Source: Crocinitomicaceae bacterium (GTDB lineage: Bacteria > Bacteroidota > Bacteroidia > Flavobacteriales_D > Crocinitomicaceae). Taken from it: a stretch of 48,338 bases of DNA. The notes under the pieces are model-generated. The model ran no database searches, was not told the DNA's origin, and worked only from the letters and a program-made list of their open reading frames with translations. Below are positions 40,756 through 48,338 of this stretch, piece after piece; within the stretch, counting starts at the first letter, position 1; each line of letters begins with the position of its first letter. The DNA is taken from positions 1-48,338 of the forward strand of contig JBIIZO010000001.1 in NCBI GenBank assembly GCA_044346245.1, read 5' to 3'. Made by a program: the position numbers and the translations under genes.

Positions 40756-43389
40756 TTACTTGTTGTCTGCTTCTTGGGCAAACTCGATTTCGAGTTTATC
40801 CATGTCGTAGTCTGTTTCTTCGTTGTAGATATCAAAGAAAGGTTCTTGAAAAGAACGCATGCTGAATTTGCGTTCTAGCGTTAAAAGCAACGCCGGCAAA
40901 ATGATCAAATTGGTGGCCATACCGACCATGATGGTAATGGATACCAGCAGCCCCAGCGCCTTAGTACCTCCGAACTGGGAGAACACAAACATTAAGAATC
41001 CGAAGAATAAAATCACGGACGTATAGAAGATGCCTAAGCCGGTTTCGCGCAACGAATGTAAGATTGCAAAGCGGACATCCCAACCATGTTGTTTGAGCTC
41101 ATTGCGGTATTTGCCAAGGAATAAAATGGCGTTGTCTACGGTGATACCTAGCGCAATACCAAACACGAGAATGGTAGAAGGCTTGAGCGGAATTTGAAAA
41201 TAGCCCATGATACCTGCCGTAAAAAGCAAAGGAATGATATTCGGAATCATGGAAACCATAATGATGCGCATCGAGCGGAACAAAAACGCCATCATGATAG
41301 CAATCGAGACGATGGCAAAAATGAGGCTTTGCAGTAAGTTAATAAAAAGGTATTTGGTACCTTCTGTCTGAACCACTTTGATTCCGGTAAAAATCAAATC
41401 GTATTGTTCTGCAGCGATTGCTTTTTTGAGTTTTTTATTGAATTGAGCCGTACCAGCATAGGACTTGATTTTTTCTGGATCCATGTCGAATGCCATCTGT
41501 TTTTGGTCATTGCCATTAGAAAGAAGTGCCGTAAGGCTATTGAAAACGCCCGTATGTTCGTAGATAATACTATCGAGTGCTGCAGTGTTGCCTTTTTCAA
41601 TCTTGGTGTAAAGCCGCTCCAAAGTTTGTTGGTCAGGATTGAGAATAGCCTTGGTTTTGATTTTGAGTGCATCGAGTGCGGGCCCCACTTTATCTACGCT
41701 GAGGTCTTTCATCTGCATGCGGATGCGCAGTGTGGTTTTGCTAGTGTCCACCAAGTTTTTAAGCGAGATAGAACCACCATTGAGGCTACTCATGTCGAGT
41801 TTGTCGATGTATTTTTTGAGGCGGAGTTTGTCCCGGTTAGAGATGAGCGTGTATTTGCTTGGATCTCCGCCGTGATAAGCCATATTGATAGACTTGATGA
41901 GGTCAACATAAGAGATGCTTTTTGAGAAGAGTGTGTCTTTGGCAAATACACTTTGTATTTCTTCTACTTTGCGCATCGTCTCGGCGTTGAAAAGTCTGCC
42001 TTTTTCTTTGTAATTGACCGTAATTTCAAAAGGAATAGAGCCGCCAAAATTGCGCTCCACAAATTTGAGATCGAGTAAAATAGGGTCGTCGGACGGTAAA
42101 TCGCTGGTGATATTTCCGGTAGAAATAATTTTAGTCATGCCGTAGAGACTGAAAATAACGATCAACACAGAGGTGACGTAAATCCAGGGGCGGTATTTCG
42201 TGACAAGTTTTACAATGAATTCAATAAAACCTTGAGAATAGACGCGACTGAGGTGTTTGAGATGGCGCGGCTTTGGAGGCTTGGCAAAAGAGGCAAAAAT
42301 GGGGATAATGGCCAGTGAGAGCACAAAAACCACCATGATATTCCAACTTGAAATGATACCAAATTGCGCTAGTTTGTCAGAACTGGTGAAAGTAACAAAA
42401 CCTACTGCTGTTGTGAGATTGGTTAAGAAGGTAACCGAACCAATGCGCTTGATCATGACAAACAGCGAGCGCATTTTGTTGTCGAGCCGCACATATTCTT
42501 GATGGTACCGCGTGATCAAGAACACGCAGTTGGGCACGCCAATGACAATTAGGAGCGGTGGTACAAGCGCCATGATAATAGAGAGCTGATAACCCAAAAA
42601 GGCAATACTACCTAAGGCCCAAATCACTGAAATAGCTACGACAATATTACAAAGTAGCACAACGTATAGCGATCTAAAGAAAATGAATAGCAAGAGAGAC
42701 GAAGCAAAAATAGAGAGCCCCAAGAAGATATACATTTCGGCAACAATGCGTCGGCCAACTACAACACGGATGTGTGGTAAACCTGCAAAGTAGACCTTAC
42801 CAAATTGTTTTTCGTATTGGTCGGCGAGAGCTTCTATTTTGAGTACAACACCCGCTTTTTTCGGGTTGGATAACACTTTCTCATCGATGCCAATCATTAA
42901 CAAGGACACATTGCTGGTGTCGTTGTAGAGCAAACCTCTGTAAATTGGGTTTTTGCGGATTTCTTGACGGACGTCGGCTATGGATTTATCTCTAAAGGTG
43001 GTATCAGAAAAAATGCGGTGAATTTCAAATTCATTTTTCTTGATGTTGTTGGTGATACCAAAAAGTGTGGCTTCAGAAACAACGTTGTCTACGCCTTTTA
43101 TTTTGAGGATTTTATATCCTAGCTCTCGCCATTTTTTGAAGTTTTCTTCGGTATAAAGGGAATCAGTCTGGACGGCAATCACTAGTGTAGAACCGTCTTC
43201 TCCAAATTGCAATTTGAACTTTTCGTAGTCCATTTGAATAGGATCGTCTTTAGGAAGAGTGTTGCCAAAACGGTTGTCTACCTTGAGTGAGGTTACGGCG
43301 TAATAACCAAAAAACACGGTGATGATACCGATTATGGCCAGTACAAACAAGCGATTCCTTAATATAAAACTGGCTACTTTACTCCACAT
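40756..43389 (-). CDS. RND/MMPL-family exporter (two 6-TM bundles)
   Basis: Duplicated TM bundles with large periplasmic loops. The start is taken at ATG 43389 (MWSKVASFILRNRLFVLAIIG). Confidence 0.8.
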   Translation of the reverse strand: MWSKVASFILRNRLFVLAIIGIITVFFGYYAVTSLKVDNRFGNTLPKDDPIQMDYEKFKLQFGEDGSTLVIAVQTDSLYTEENFKKWRELGYKILKIKGVDNVVSEATLFGITNNIKKNEFEIHRIFSDTTFRDKSIADVRQEIRKNPIYRGLLYNDTSNVSLLMIGIDEKVLSNPKKAGVVLKIEALADQYEKQFGKVYFAGLPHIRVVVGRRIVAEMYIFLGLSIFASSLLLFIFFRSLYVVLLCNIVVAISVIWALGSIAFLGYQLSIIMALVPPLLIVIGVPNCVFLITRYHQEYVRLDNKMRSLFVMIKRIGSVTFLTNLTTAVGFVTFTSSDKLAQFGIISSWNIMVVFVLSLAIIPIFASFAKPPKPRHLKHLSRVYSQGFIEFIVKLVTKYRPWIYVTSVLIVIFSLYGMTKIISTGNITSDLPSDDPILLDLKFVERNFGGSIPFEITVNYKEKGRLFNAETMRKVEEIQSVFAKDTLFSKSISYVDLIKSINMAYHGGDPSKYTLISNRDKLRLKKYIDKLDMSSLNGGSISLKNLVDTSKTTLRIRMQMKDLSVDKVGPALDALKIKTKAILNPDQQTLERLYTKIEKGNTAALDSIIYEHTGVFNSLTALLSNGNDQKQMAFDMDPEKIKSYAGTAQFNKKLKKAIAAEQYDLIFTGIKVVQTEGTKYLFINLLQSLIFAIVSIAIMMAFLFRSMRIIMVSMIPNIIPLLFTAGIMGYFQIPLKPSTILVFGIALGITVDNAILFLGKYRNELKQHGWDVRFAILHSLRETGLGIFYTSVILFFGFLMFVFSQFGGTKALGLLVSITIMVGMATNLIILPALLLTLERKFSMRSFQEPFFDIYNEETDYDMDKLEIEFAQEADNK

Positions 43390-43552
43390 GCGACTAAATG
43401 TACAAAAAATTGAGGCGTGAAGATAAGAATTATTGTCCAAATGACCCTTACAGGATAAATAAGCCCATTAATGATGGGGCTTATGTGTCATTTTACACAA
43501 CTAATTAAATGAAATTAGATAGCTTTGAGCCGCAAATCGTAAAGAAACAAGC

Positions 43553-44152
43553 ATGTCAGAGATACTGATGTATGGTTTTTTAACAGGGATGGTGATGAGT
43601 ATTATGCTCGGCACTGTCTTTTTTGCTTTGGTCCAAAACAGCATTGACTACGGCTTTCGCACGGGTATTTTCATCTCCTTGGGAGTGATTGCCTCCGATC
43701 TCATTCTGATCACCTTGAGTTGGTTCAATGCTGAGCTGATTCCGCCGGGAGGTACTACCGATTTGATCGTACGTATTTGTGGGGCACTCTTTTTACTGTT
43801 TTACGGTTTGTCGAATTTGCTCAAGAAAGACAAAGCAACATATCCGCAAACTGAAAAGAAACAACTTTTGAAGTTCAGCTCCATGGGCTTTTTGCTCAAC
43901 ATCTTGAATCCTGGAAACTATATCGGCTGGTTGGCAGTCACGACCCAACTCAAAACAGTGGCTAAGTATGAGGTAGCCCAAGCCACCGTTTATTTTACCG
44001 GCGCCTTGAGTGCTATTTTCTTGATGGAGTGCCTGATTTCATGGAGCGCCTCTTTTTTAAAACCGTACATCACTGATCGGTTTTTACAACTCGTGAACAG
44101 GCTGATTGGCGTCTTGTTCATTGCCTTTGCCATCGCGCTCTTCTTTTACTAA
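43553..44152 (+). CDS. LysE-family amino-acid exporter
   Basis: 199 aa, about six hydrophobic helices, LysE-like N-terminus. Confidence 0.7.
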   Translation: MSEILMYGFLTGMVMSIMLGTVFFALVQNSIDYGFRTGIFISLGVIASDLILITLSWFNAELIPPGGTTDLIVRICGALFLLFYGLSNLLKKDKATYPQTEKKQLLKFSSMGFLLNILNPGNYIGWLAVTTQLKTVAKYEVAQATVYFTGALSAIFLMECLISWSASFLKPYITDRFLQLVNRLIGVLFIAFAIALFFY

Positions 44153-45526
44153 AAAGCGCTCTAAATTGCCTTTCAATAAAAATTCCTCCGCAAAGTAGCT
44201 CAAGTCTTCAAATTCGCGTTGGGCTGGCAGATCAGTTGCCAAAATGCTTGAATTTTCTCTCAGCCGCGTATAATCCAGTAAGCACAGTGCTTCTACTTTT
44301 CCATTTTTAAGCTGCGCATAATTGTAAAAAAGCTTGGCACGGATGGCCGAAATCACAACCTCTCCATTGATCCTAGCGATGTCGAATTTCAGCAATAGAG
44401 GTAATTTGCACCACTTATGGATATCGTAGGCCACAAAATCGCCTTGCGAATAAACAATAGTAGTTTGTTTATTTTTACCTGTAAATGGATCTGTGATATC
44501 TAAAAACTCAAGCGGTTGTGCATTGTGCGGATGCCCGCCGAGCACCAAATCAATGCCTGTTTGCCTACAAATTTGATGCATGTTGTCTACAATAGTCTGC
44601 GACGGATACGGCTGATATGCACAGCCCATGTGCAAAAATGCCACTAAGAATTCAGCACCTTTTTGCCGAGCTAATTGGGCTTGGTACACAATCAAAGACA
44701 AATCAGGGTTTGCTTCGTTTAAATTCAAATGGTTGGCCAAGTATGCTTTCCCTTCCGGACAAACCAAGGCGTTTAATGAAAAAGTATAGGATAAAAAGGC
44801 GATTTTGATCCCGTTGTTTTCGACAATGGGAAAGGCATCGCGCTCGTTTTCTGATCGAGCCGTACCCACATGTTGGATTCCTTTTTGATCCAAAAACTCA
44901 ATGGTTTGCATCACGCCATCTTCACCCTGATCCAAAGAATGGTTGTTGGCTGTCGCCAAGACATCAAAACCTTTGTAATTGCCCAAACCCGAGAAAACAT
45001 GAAACATGTCTAGATTGGCATTGAAATACATATTACTCAGCATGACCTCAGGCACAAGCGACGCTGGATTTTTCGGATTCAATGGCGTTTCCAAATTAGC
45101 GACAACCAGGTCGGCATCGAAAAAAAAGTCCCCGCTTTCCTTCCAAAGATTTTTGCACTGCTCTGAATTAATGCACAAGTAGGGCATGAGGTCACCGCCG
45201 GCACTGAGTGTAAGTTTTTGGCTGCTATTAGAAGTGTCTTTATTTTCAAACTTTGCGCCTTGACTTCGAAAGTATTGTTCGAGCTCAGCACCTTGATCTC
45301 CTTTAAAGATGCCGCGGTAGTAATATTTGTAGCCAAAATATAGTTGCTGCCCAAAGTTCATCTTGCGCGGATCTTCGTGATGCCCTTTCATCGGATGCAG
45401 CCAATCTTTACCGCCTAAAATTTTGCGAAGCTTGAATAACCAGCGCAGCAAGCCCACCAAAAACTTACCTTTTAGGGTAAGGGGGCGAACGGGGTTGTAT
45501 GATGCTTTATCGAAAGGTGTTGGCAT
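44084..45526 (-). CDS. CapA-family (PGA_cap) metallophosphoesterase-like protein
   Basis: LTLSAGGDLMP, ANLETPL and ATANNHSLDQGEDG blocks. The start is taken at ATG 45526, because the upstream track extension overlaps the tRNA terminator. Confidence 0.75.
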   Translation of the reverse strand: MPTPFDKASYNPVRPLTLKGKFLVGLLRWLFKLRKILGGKDWLHPMKGHHEDPRKMNFGQQLYFGYKYYYRGIFKGDQGAELEQYFRSQGAKFENKDTSNSSQKLTLSAGGDLMPYLCINSEQCKNLWKESGDFFFDADLVVANLETPLNPKNPASLVPEVMLSNMYFNANLDMFHVFSGLGNYKGFDVLATANNHSLDQGEDGVMQTIEFLDQKGIQHVGTARSENERDAFPIVENNGIKIAFLSYTFSLNALVCPEGKAYLANHLNLNEANPDLSLIVYQAQLARQKGAEFLVAFLHMGCAYQPYPSQTIVDNMHQICRQTGIDLVLGGHPHNAQPLEFLDITDPFTGKNKQTTIVYSQGDFVAYDIHKWCKLPLLLKFDIARINGEVVISAIRAKLFYNYAQLKNGKVEALCLLDYTRLRENSSILATDLPAQREFEDLSYFAEEFLLKGNLERFLVKEERDGKGNEQDANQPVHEL

Positions 45527-45544
45527 GCTGTAAAAATAGAAAAT

Positions 45545-45568
45545 AAAAAACCCCATCTATCGATGAGG
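45545..45568 (-). terminator. Terminator after tRNA-Pro
   Basis: On the minus strand: CCTCATC-GATA-GATGGGG followed by TTTTTTATTT. Confidence 0.6.
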
Positions 45569-45575
45569 TTGTAAG

Positions 45576-45648
45576 TCGGGATGACAGGACTTGAACCTGC
45601 GACTTCTCGCCCCCCAGACGAGTACTCTACCAACTGAGCTACATCCCG
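45576..45648 (-). tRNA. tRNA-Pro (anticodon GGG)
   Basis: Hand-folded 73-nt cloverleaf. Acceptor CGGGATG/CATCCCG plus A73. D arm GCTC/GAGT. Anticodon stem CTCGT/GCGAG with loop CTGGGGG (GGG at 34-36, G37). T arm GCAGG-TTCAAGT-CCTGT. Confidence 0.85.
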
Positions 45649-45666
45649 AAAAAATGTAAATCTATT

Positions 45667-45704
45667 TAAAACAAAAAACCCTCAATCCGTAAGAATTAAG
45701 GGTT
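45667..45704 (-). terminator. 12-bp hairpin plus U-tract between the tRNA fragment and tRNA-Pro
   Basis: On the minus strand: AACCCTTAATTC-TTAC-GGATTGAGGGTT followed by TTTTGTTTT. Confidence 0.55.
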
Positions 45705-45719
45705 AATTTCACAATAATG

Positions 45720-45750
45720 TACTCGAGGCGGGACTTGAACCCGCACGGGC
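45720..45750 (-). pseudogene. Orphan 3' part of a tRNA gene (T-arm plus 3' acceptor strand plus discriminator): putative att junction
   Basis: On the minus strand: GCCCGT GCGGG-TTCAAGT-CCCGC CTCGAGT A. No D arm, anticodon arm or complementary 5' acceptor strand (A/GCTCGAG) occurs in the next 200 nt. Confidence 0.7.
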
Positions 45751-45769
45751 TCTTTCGGTCTCTTTCGGT
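45750..45769. repeat. Perfect tandem duplication CTCTTTCGGT x2 at the tRNA-fragment/element junction
   Basis: Read directly. Confidence 0.9.
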
Positions 45770-45869
45770 TCAAAAACGCACTAAATGCTTGTTGAATATA
45801 GGTTTAGCGATGAGGACTTTATTTAGTAAAAATGAATAAAGTAGAGTAAAAGGGAATAAAAATGAAGGA

Positions 45870-45891
45870 ATGTTTGGAAAATGTTTGGAAA
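45870..45891. repeat. Perfect tandem duplication ATGTTTGGAAA x2 upstream of int
   Basis: Read directly. Confidence 0.9.
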
Positions 45892-45945
45892 ACTTTTCGT
45901 TGTTTCATATTATAAAATTACTTTTGTTCATATAGGTTTTAGAAA

Positions 45946-47247
45946 ATGGCAACGGTAAAATATAGACTTAAAAGTAGCGCGAAAAAAGACAAACATACTA
46001 TCTATCTATACCTTTCTTATGGTAGAGGGAATATGTTTGAAGTAAAATCAGGGTTTTCCATAGAGCCAAAGGAATGGCAACATAAATTAGGCTTTCCAAA
46101 GCAAAATGATGCCGAAAACAAAGTGTTACATTCTGATTTGAAAAAGTTAGAATCGTTCATTCACGATTCACTCAATAATGCCAACTCAAAAGGTGAGTTA
46201 ATAGATAAGTTTTGGCTTGAACGTAAAATCAAAGAATGCTTTAATCGCGTGGTTAAAACAGATTCCGAGGTACTTGTAAATCACACTCAATATATTATTG
46301 ACAATGCTCATACACGAAAAGTTAAGGGAAGAAATGGATTGGGTCTGTCTGAAAGTAGGGTCAAAGGGTATAAAACGTTTTTGGGTATCATAAACAAGTA
46401 TCAACAAAAAATTGGAAGAACCATCCGATTAACTGAAATAAGCAGTCAATTCGTTGATGATTTCACAAATTGGTTGTTAGATGAACAAAGATACTCGACT
46501 AACTATGCGGGTAAGCAAATTGACAATCTTAAAACGGTATGCATAGATGCGCAGCGTTTAGATATTGCGGTGCATCCATACGCTAAAAACATTCAAAGTT
46601 TTTCTGAATCCGATGAGGATAGAAATATCGTGACCTTGTCTTTTGAAGAATTACAAAAAATTGCAGATTCGGTTATGCCAACTGAATCCCTTGAAAATGT
46701 TAAAAAATGGATTTTAATTGCGTGTACTTTTGGACAACGGGGCAAAGATTTGTTGAATTTTTCAATACAGCATTGTCGGAAAGAAGAGGATTATATGCTA
46801 ATTGATGTATGGCAATCAAAATTGAAAATATGGGTTACCGTTCCCGTAATGTCTGAAAGTATTGCAAACATTATTATGGTCGATAAACCATATAAAATCT
46901 CACTACAAAAATTAAACAAGTATGCTAAACAAGTATGTAGAATCGCAGAAATTGTTACGCCGACGGAAGGAGGTATAATTATGGTTGATGAAAACAAGGT
47001 AAAACGCAAGATTAGCGGCATTTATCCTAAATGGGAACTTATTACATCTCACGCTTACAGAAGGTCGTTTGCTACCAATTATTACAAAAAAATATCTACT
47101 CCTATTTTAATGGCAATTACGGGTCACTCGAGAGAATCAACTTTTTTGAAGTATATTAATAAACAAGTGGACAAAGACGATAATGCTAAATTGTTTGCAA
47201 TGCAGTGGAAGCAAATGATGCAACAACAGCCTCCAATGTCCTCTTAA
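45946..47247 (+). CDS. Tyrosine-type site-specific integrase (Bacteroidota type with N-terminal Arm DNA-binding domain)
   Basis: The N-terminus MATVKYRLKSSAKKDKHTIYLYLSYGRG..FSIEPKEWQ is Arm-domain style. The catalytic residues are FGQRGKDLL (Arg), HAYRRSFAT (His-x-x-Arg) and GHSRESTFLKY (His ... Tyr). Confidence 0.85.
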   Translation: MATVKYRLKSSAKKDKHTIYLYLSYGRGNMFEVKSGFSIEPKEWQHKLGFPKQNDAENKVLHSDLKKLESFIHDSLNNANSKGELIDKFWLERKIKECFNRVVKTDSEVLVNHTQYIIDNAHTRKVKGRNGLGLSESRVKGYKTFLGIINKYQQKIGRTIRLTEISSQFVDDFTNWLLDEQRYSTNYAGKQIDNLKTVCIDAQRLDIAVHPYAKNIQSFSESDEDRNIVTLSFEELQKIADSVMPTESLENVKKWILIACTFGQRGKDLLNFSIQHCRKEEDYMLIDVWQSKLKIWVTVPVMSESIANIIMVDKPYKISLQKLNKYAKQVCRIAEIVTPTEGGIIMVDENKVKRKISGIYPKWELITSHAYRRSFATNYYKKISTPILMAITGHSRESTFLKYINKQVDKDDNAKLFAMQWKQMMQQQPPMSS

Positions 47248-47442
47248 TTCATCCATTTTCCGCTCGGAATCTTATATTTGGTCTACATTAAAAATTTACA
47301 AGCCGACCGAGATATAGTAATGACTGCTGTTAAAAACAATGGGTATAGTATTGAATTTGCAAGTGATGATTTAAAAAACAATAAGACGAGATATGATTTT
47401 TCATTTTCCATACTCCGTATTTTAGTTATTAAAAATAGTTAA
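47248..47442 (+). pseudogene. Remnant of a DUF4116-repeat gene
   Basis: The frame is open from the integrase stop: ..YIKNLQADRDIVMTAVKNNGYSIEFASDDLKNNK... This fits the DUF4116 repeat pattern (D+eiV..AVkqnG.al.yAs.eLknDk). Only about 1.5 repeats are present, and the only start is an internal ATG at 47320. Confidence 0.45.
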
Positions 47443-47445
47443 AAT

Positions 47446-47994
47446 ATGGTATTTGCTTCAATGACTAATTCGTCTTTATCTCGGCTATTAAAAAACTACA
47501 GCAATGCTCGCAAAAGTTGGGAGGTATGGTGTTTTATGTCCGGTTTAAACAATATGATAAAACACGTTGATAGAGAAACCAAGCAAAAGGTTGATAACAA
47601 CCCGCTACTTTTTCACTTGCGTTTTTTAGCAATGAAAGATTACCATATTGAATTGTATAAAGTACTTAAGGAATCTTATAACAACAAAGACAATATATTT
47701 CTTTTATTATCAAAGAGGATACGCACCAATCCGACCAACAAAATAGAGGTGGAAAAAGCATTACAAGCACTTAATGATGCAAATTCCATTGTCATCGACA
47801 TATGTGATGTCCGAGACAAGTGTTATGCTCATTTAGATAAGGACTATGAAAAGTATACTTCCAAAAAACAATATGTCGTTGACATAAGCAATTTGTTTTA
47901 CATTATCGAAATGGGGATAATTGCTTTAAGTTCAAAAGAAGAATTAAACATTGAGTTGGCAAAAATTGAATCGAGGAACGATTATTTTCTTTGA
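47446..47994 (+). CDS. HEPN-motif protein (AbiU2/AbiV-like abortive-infection candidate)
   Basis: 182 aa and predicted all-helical. An R-x5-H motif (VRDKCYAHLD) lies in the C-terminal half, resembling the RnKxxAH signature of the AbiU2-type HEPN families. The family call is from memory only. Confidence 0.45.
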   Translation: MVFASMTNSSLSRLLKNYSNARKSWEVWCFMSGLNNMIKHVDRETKQKVDNNPLLFHLRFLAMKDYHIELYKVLKESYNNKDNIFLLLSKRIRTNPTNKIEVEKALQALNDANSIVIDICDVRDKCYAHLDKDYEKYTSKKQYVVDISNLFYIIEMGIIALSSKEELNIELAKIESRNDYFL

Positions 47995-48113
47995 GTGCCT
48001 CTTTTATTATTGCACCCCAAAATCCAACGTTTCCATAACTTCTAATGGGTTAAACAAAAAACGGGATGAAAATTCACCCCGTTAAACAATCACCCAAGAA
48101 GGGCTTTATAAAT

Positions 48114-48338
48114 CTATAAGTTAAATTCTTTCTTGACGGACTCGTAATCTGTAATATCTACATTTGGATGATTGATTAGGCCTGCTTGAGTAAAGATTGC
48201 AACTTTAAACGTTCGAGTGCCGGGCTCAGGAGTAGCACCATCATCATCATAATTTAATATTGTGATGCTATTTGCATTTTGAGCAAAAGCCCAATGTTCA
48301 ATATATGAACCATAAGATAATGTAATTGGCATTGCTAT
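48114..48338 (-). CDS. Hypothetical protein (72 aa from ATG 48332; the frame stays open to the window edge, so it may be longer)
   Basis: ORF track entry. A short hairpin (AACGGG...CCCGTT) lies in the convergent gap. No recognisable motif. Confidence 0.4.
   Translation of the reverse strand: MAMPITLSYGSYIEHWAFAQNANSITILNYDDDGATPEPGTRTFKVAIFTQAGLINHPNVDITDYESVKKEFNL

Larger units (their letters stand above)
45751..48338. mobile_element. Left end of an integrated element (integrase-proximal); the right end lies outside the window
   Basis: It starts at the truncated tRNA. The DNA is visibly more AT-rich than the flanking core. It carries a tyrosine integrase, a gene remnant and a HEPN-like cargo gene. 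Confidence 0.6.

Noticed and set aside
43450-43480. Imperfect hairpin ATAAGCCCAT-TAATG-ATGGGGCTTAT between the divergent RND and LysE genes.
   Set aside because: The stem is bulged, there is no U-tract, and it lies upstream of both genes, so it is not a terminator. No second copy exists. This is too weak to interpret.
45720-45750. The possibility that the orphan T-arm/acceptor fragment is the 3' end of tmRNA (ssrA), another common integrase target.
   Set aside because: The acceptor strand CTCGAGT-A does not match the tRNA-Ala-like tmRNA end. The upstream sequence has no pseudoknot or tag-ORF features. A class II (Leu-like) tRNA origin is more plausible but cannot be proven without the anticodon arm.

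Overview
About 48 kb of a Bacteroidota (Flavobacteriia-like) chromosome. The lineage call rests on T9SS type-B C-terminal sorting domains, choice-of-anchor-L and GEVED surface-protein modules, a Bacteroidota-style Arm-domain tyrosine integrase, and the absence of obvious Shine-Dalgarno sites. Most of the window (5.0-45.6 kb) is ordinary core genome: atpDC, rbfA, an FtsX/LolE-like permease, an MsbA-like ABC exporter, a desaturase, mnmG, ybeY, rpiB, icd, fumC, polA, rseP, paaZ, an RND/MMPL exporter, LysE and CapA. Two large T9SS-type surface proteins are present. One (1-4768, minus strand, over 1589 aa) is missing from the supplied ORF track because it runs off the left edge. The only clearly accessory DNA is the right end. 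An intact tRNA-Pro(GGG) is followed by an orphan tRNA 3' half. A visibly more AT-rich segment then carries a tyrosine integrase, a DUF4116-like gene remnant and a stand-alone HEPN-motif (RDKCYAH) protein, and the element runs off the window. Other points worth a second look are: a 17-nt perfect direct repeat (each copy containing a 16-bp palindrome) bracketing the ybeY stop just upstream of mnmG; a 549-bp ORF-free AT-rich intergenic region with DnaA-box-like 9-mers near mnmG; an FtsX permease whose conserved N-terminus has only an ATT start, in frame 3 nt after the rbfA stop; and an operon linking a 1121-aa coiled-coil membrane protein, an orphan RsbW-like kinase and ybeY. I see no complete, clearly novel multi-gene system inside the window. 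The best candidate (the integrated element cargo) is truncated by the window edge. All product calls come from motifs I recognise by eye, and no database search was run.
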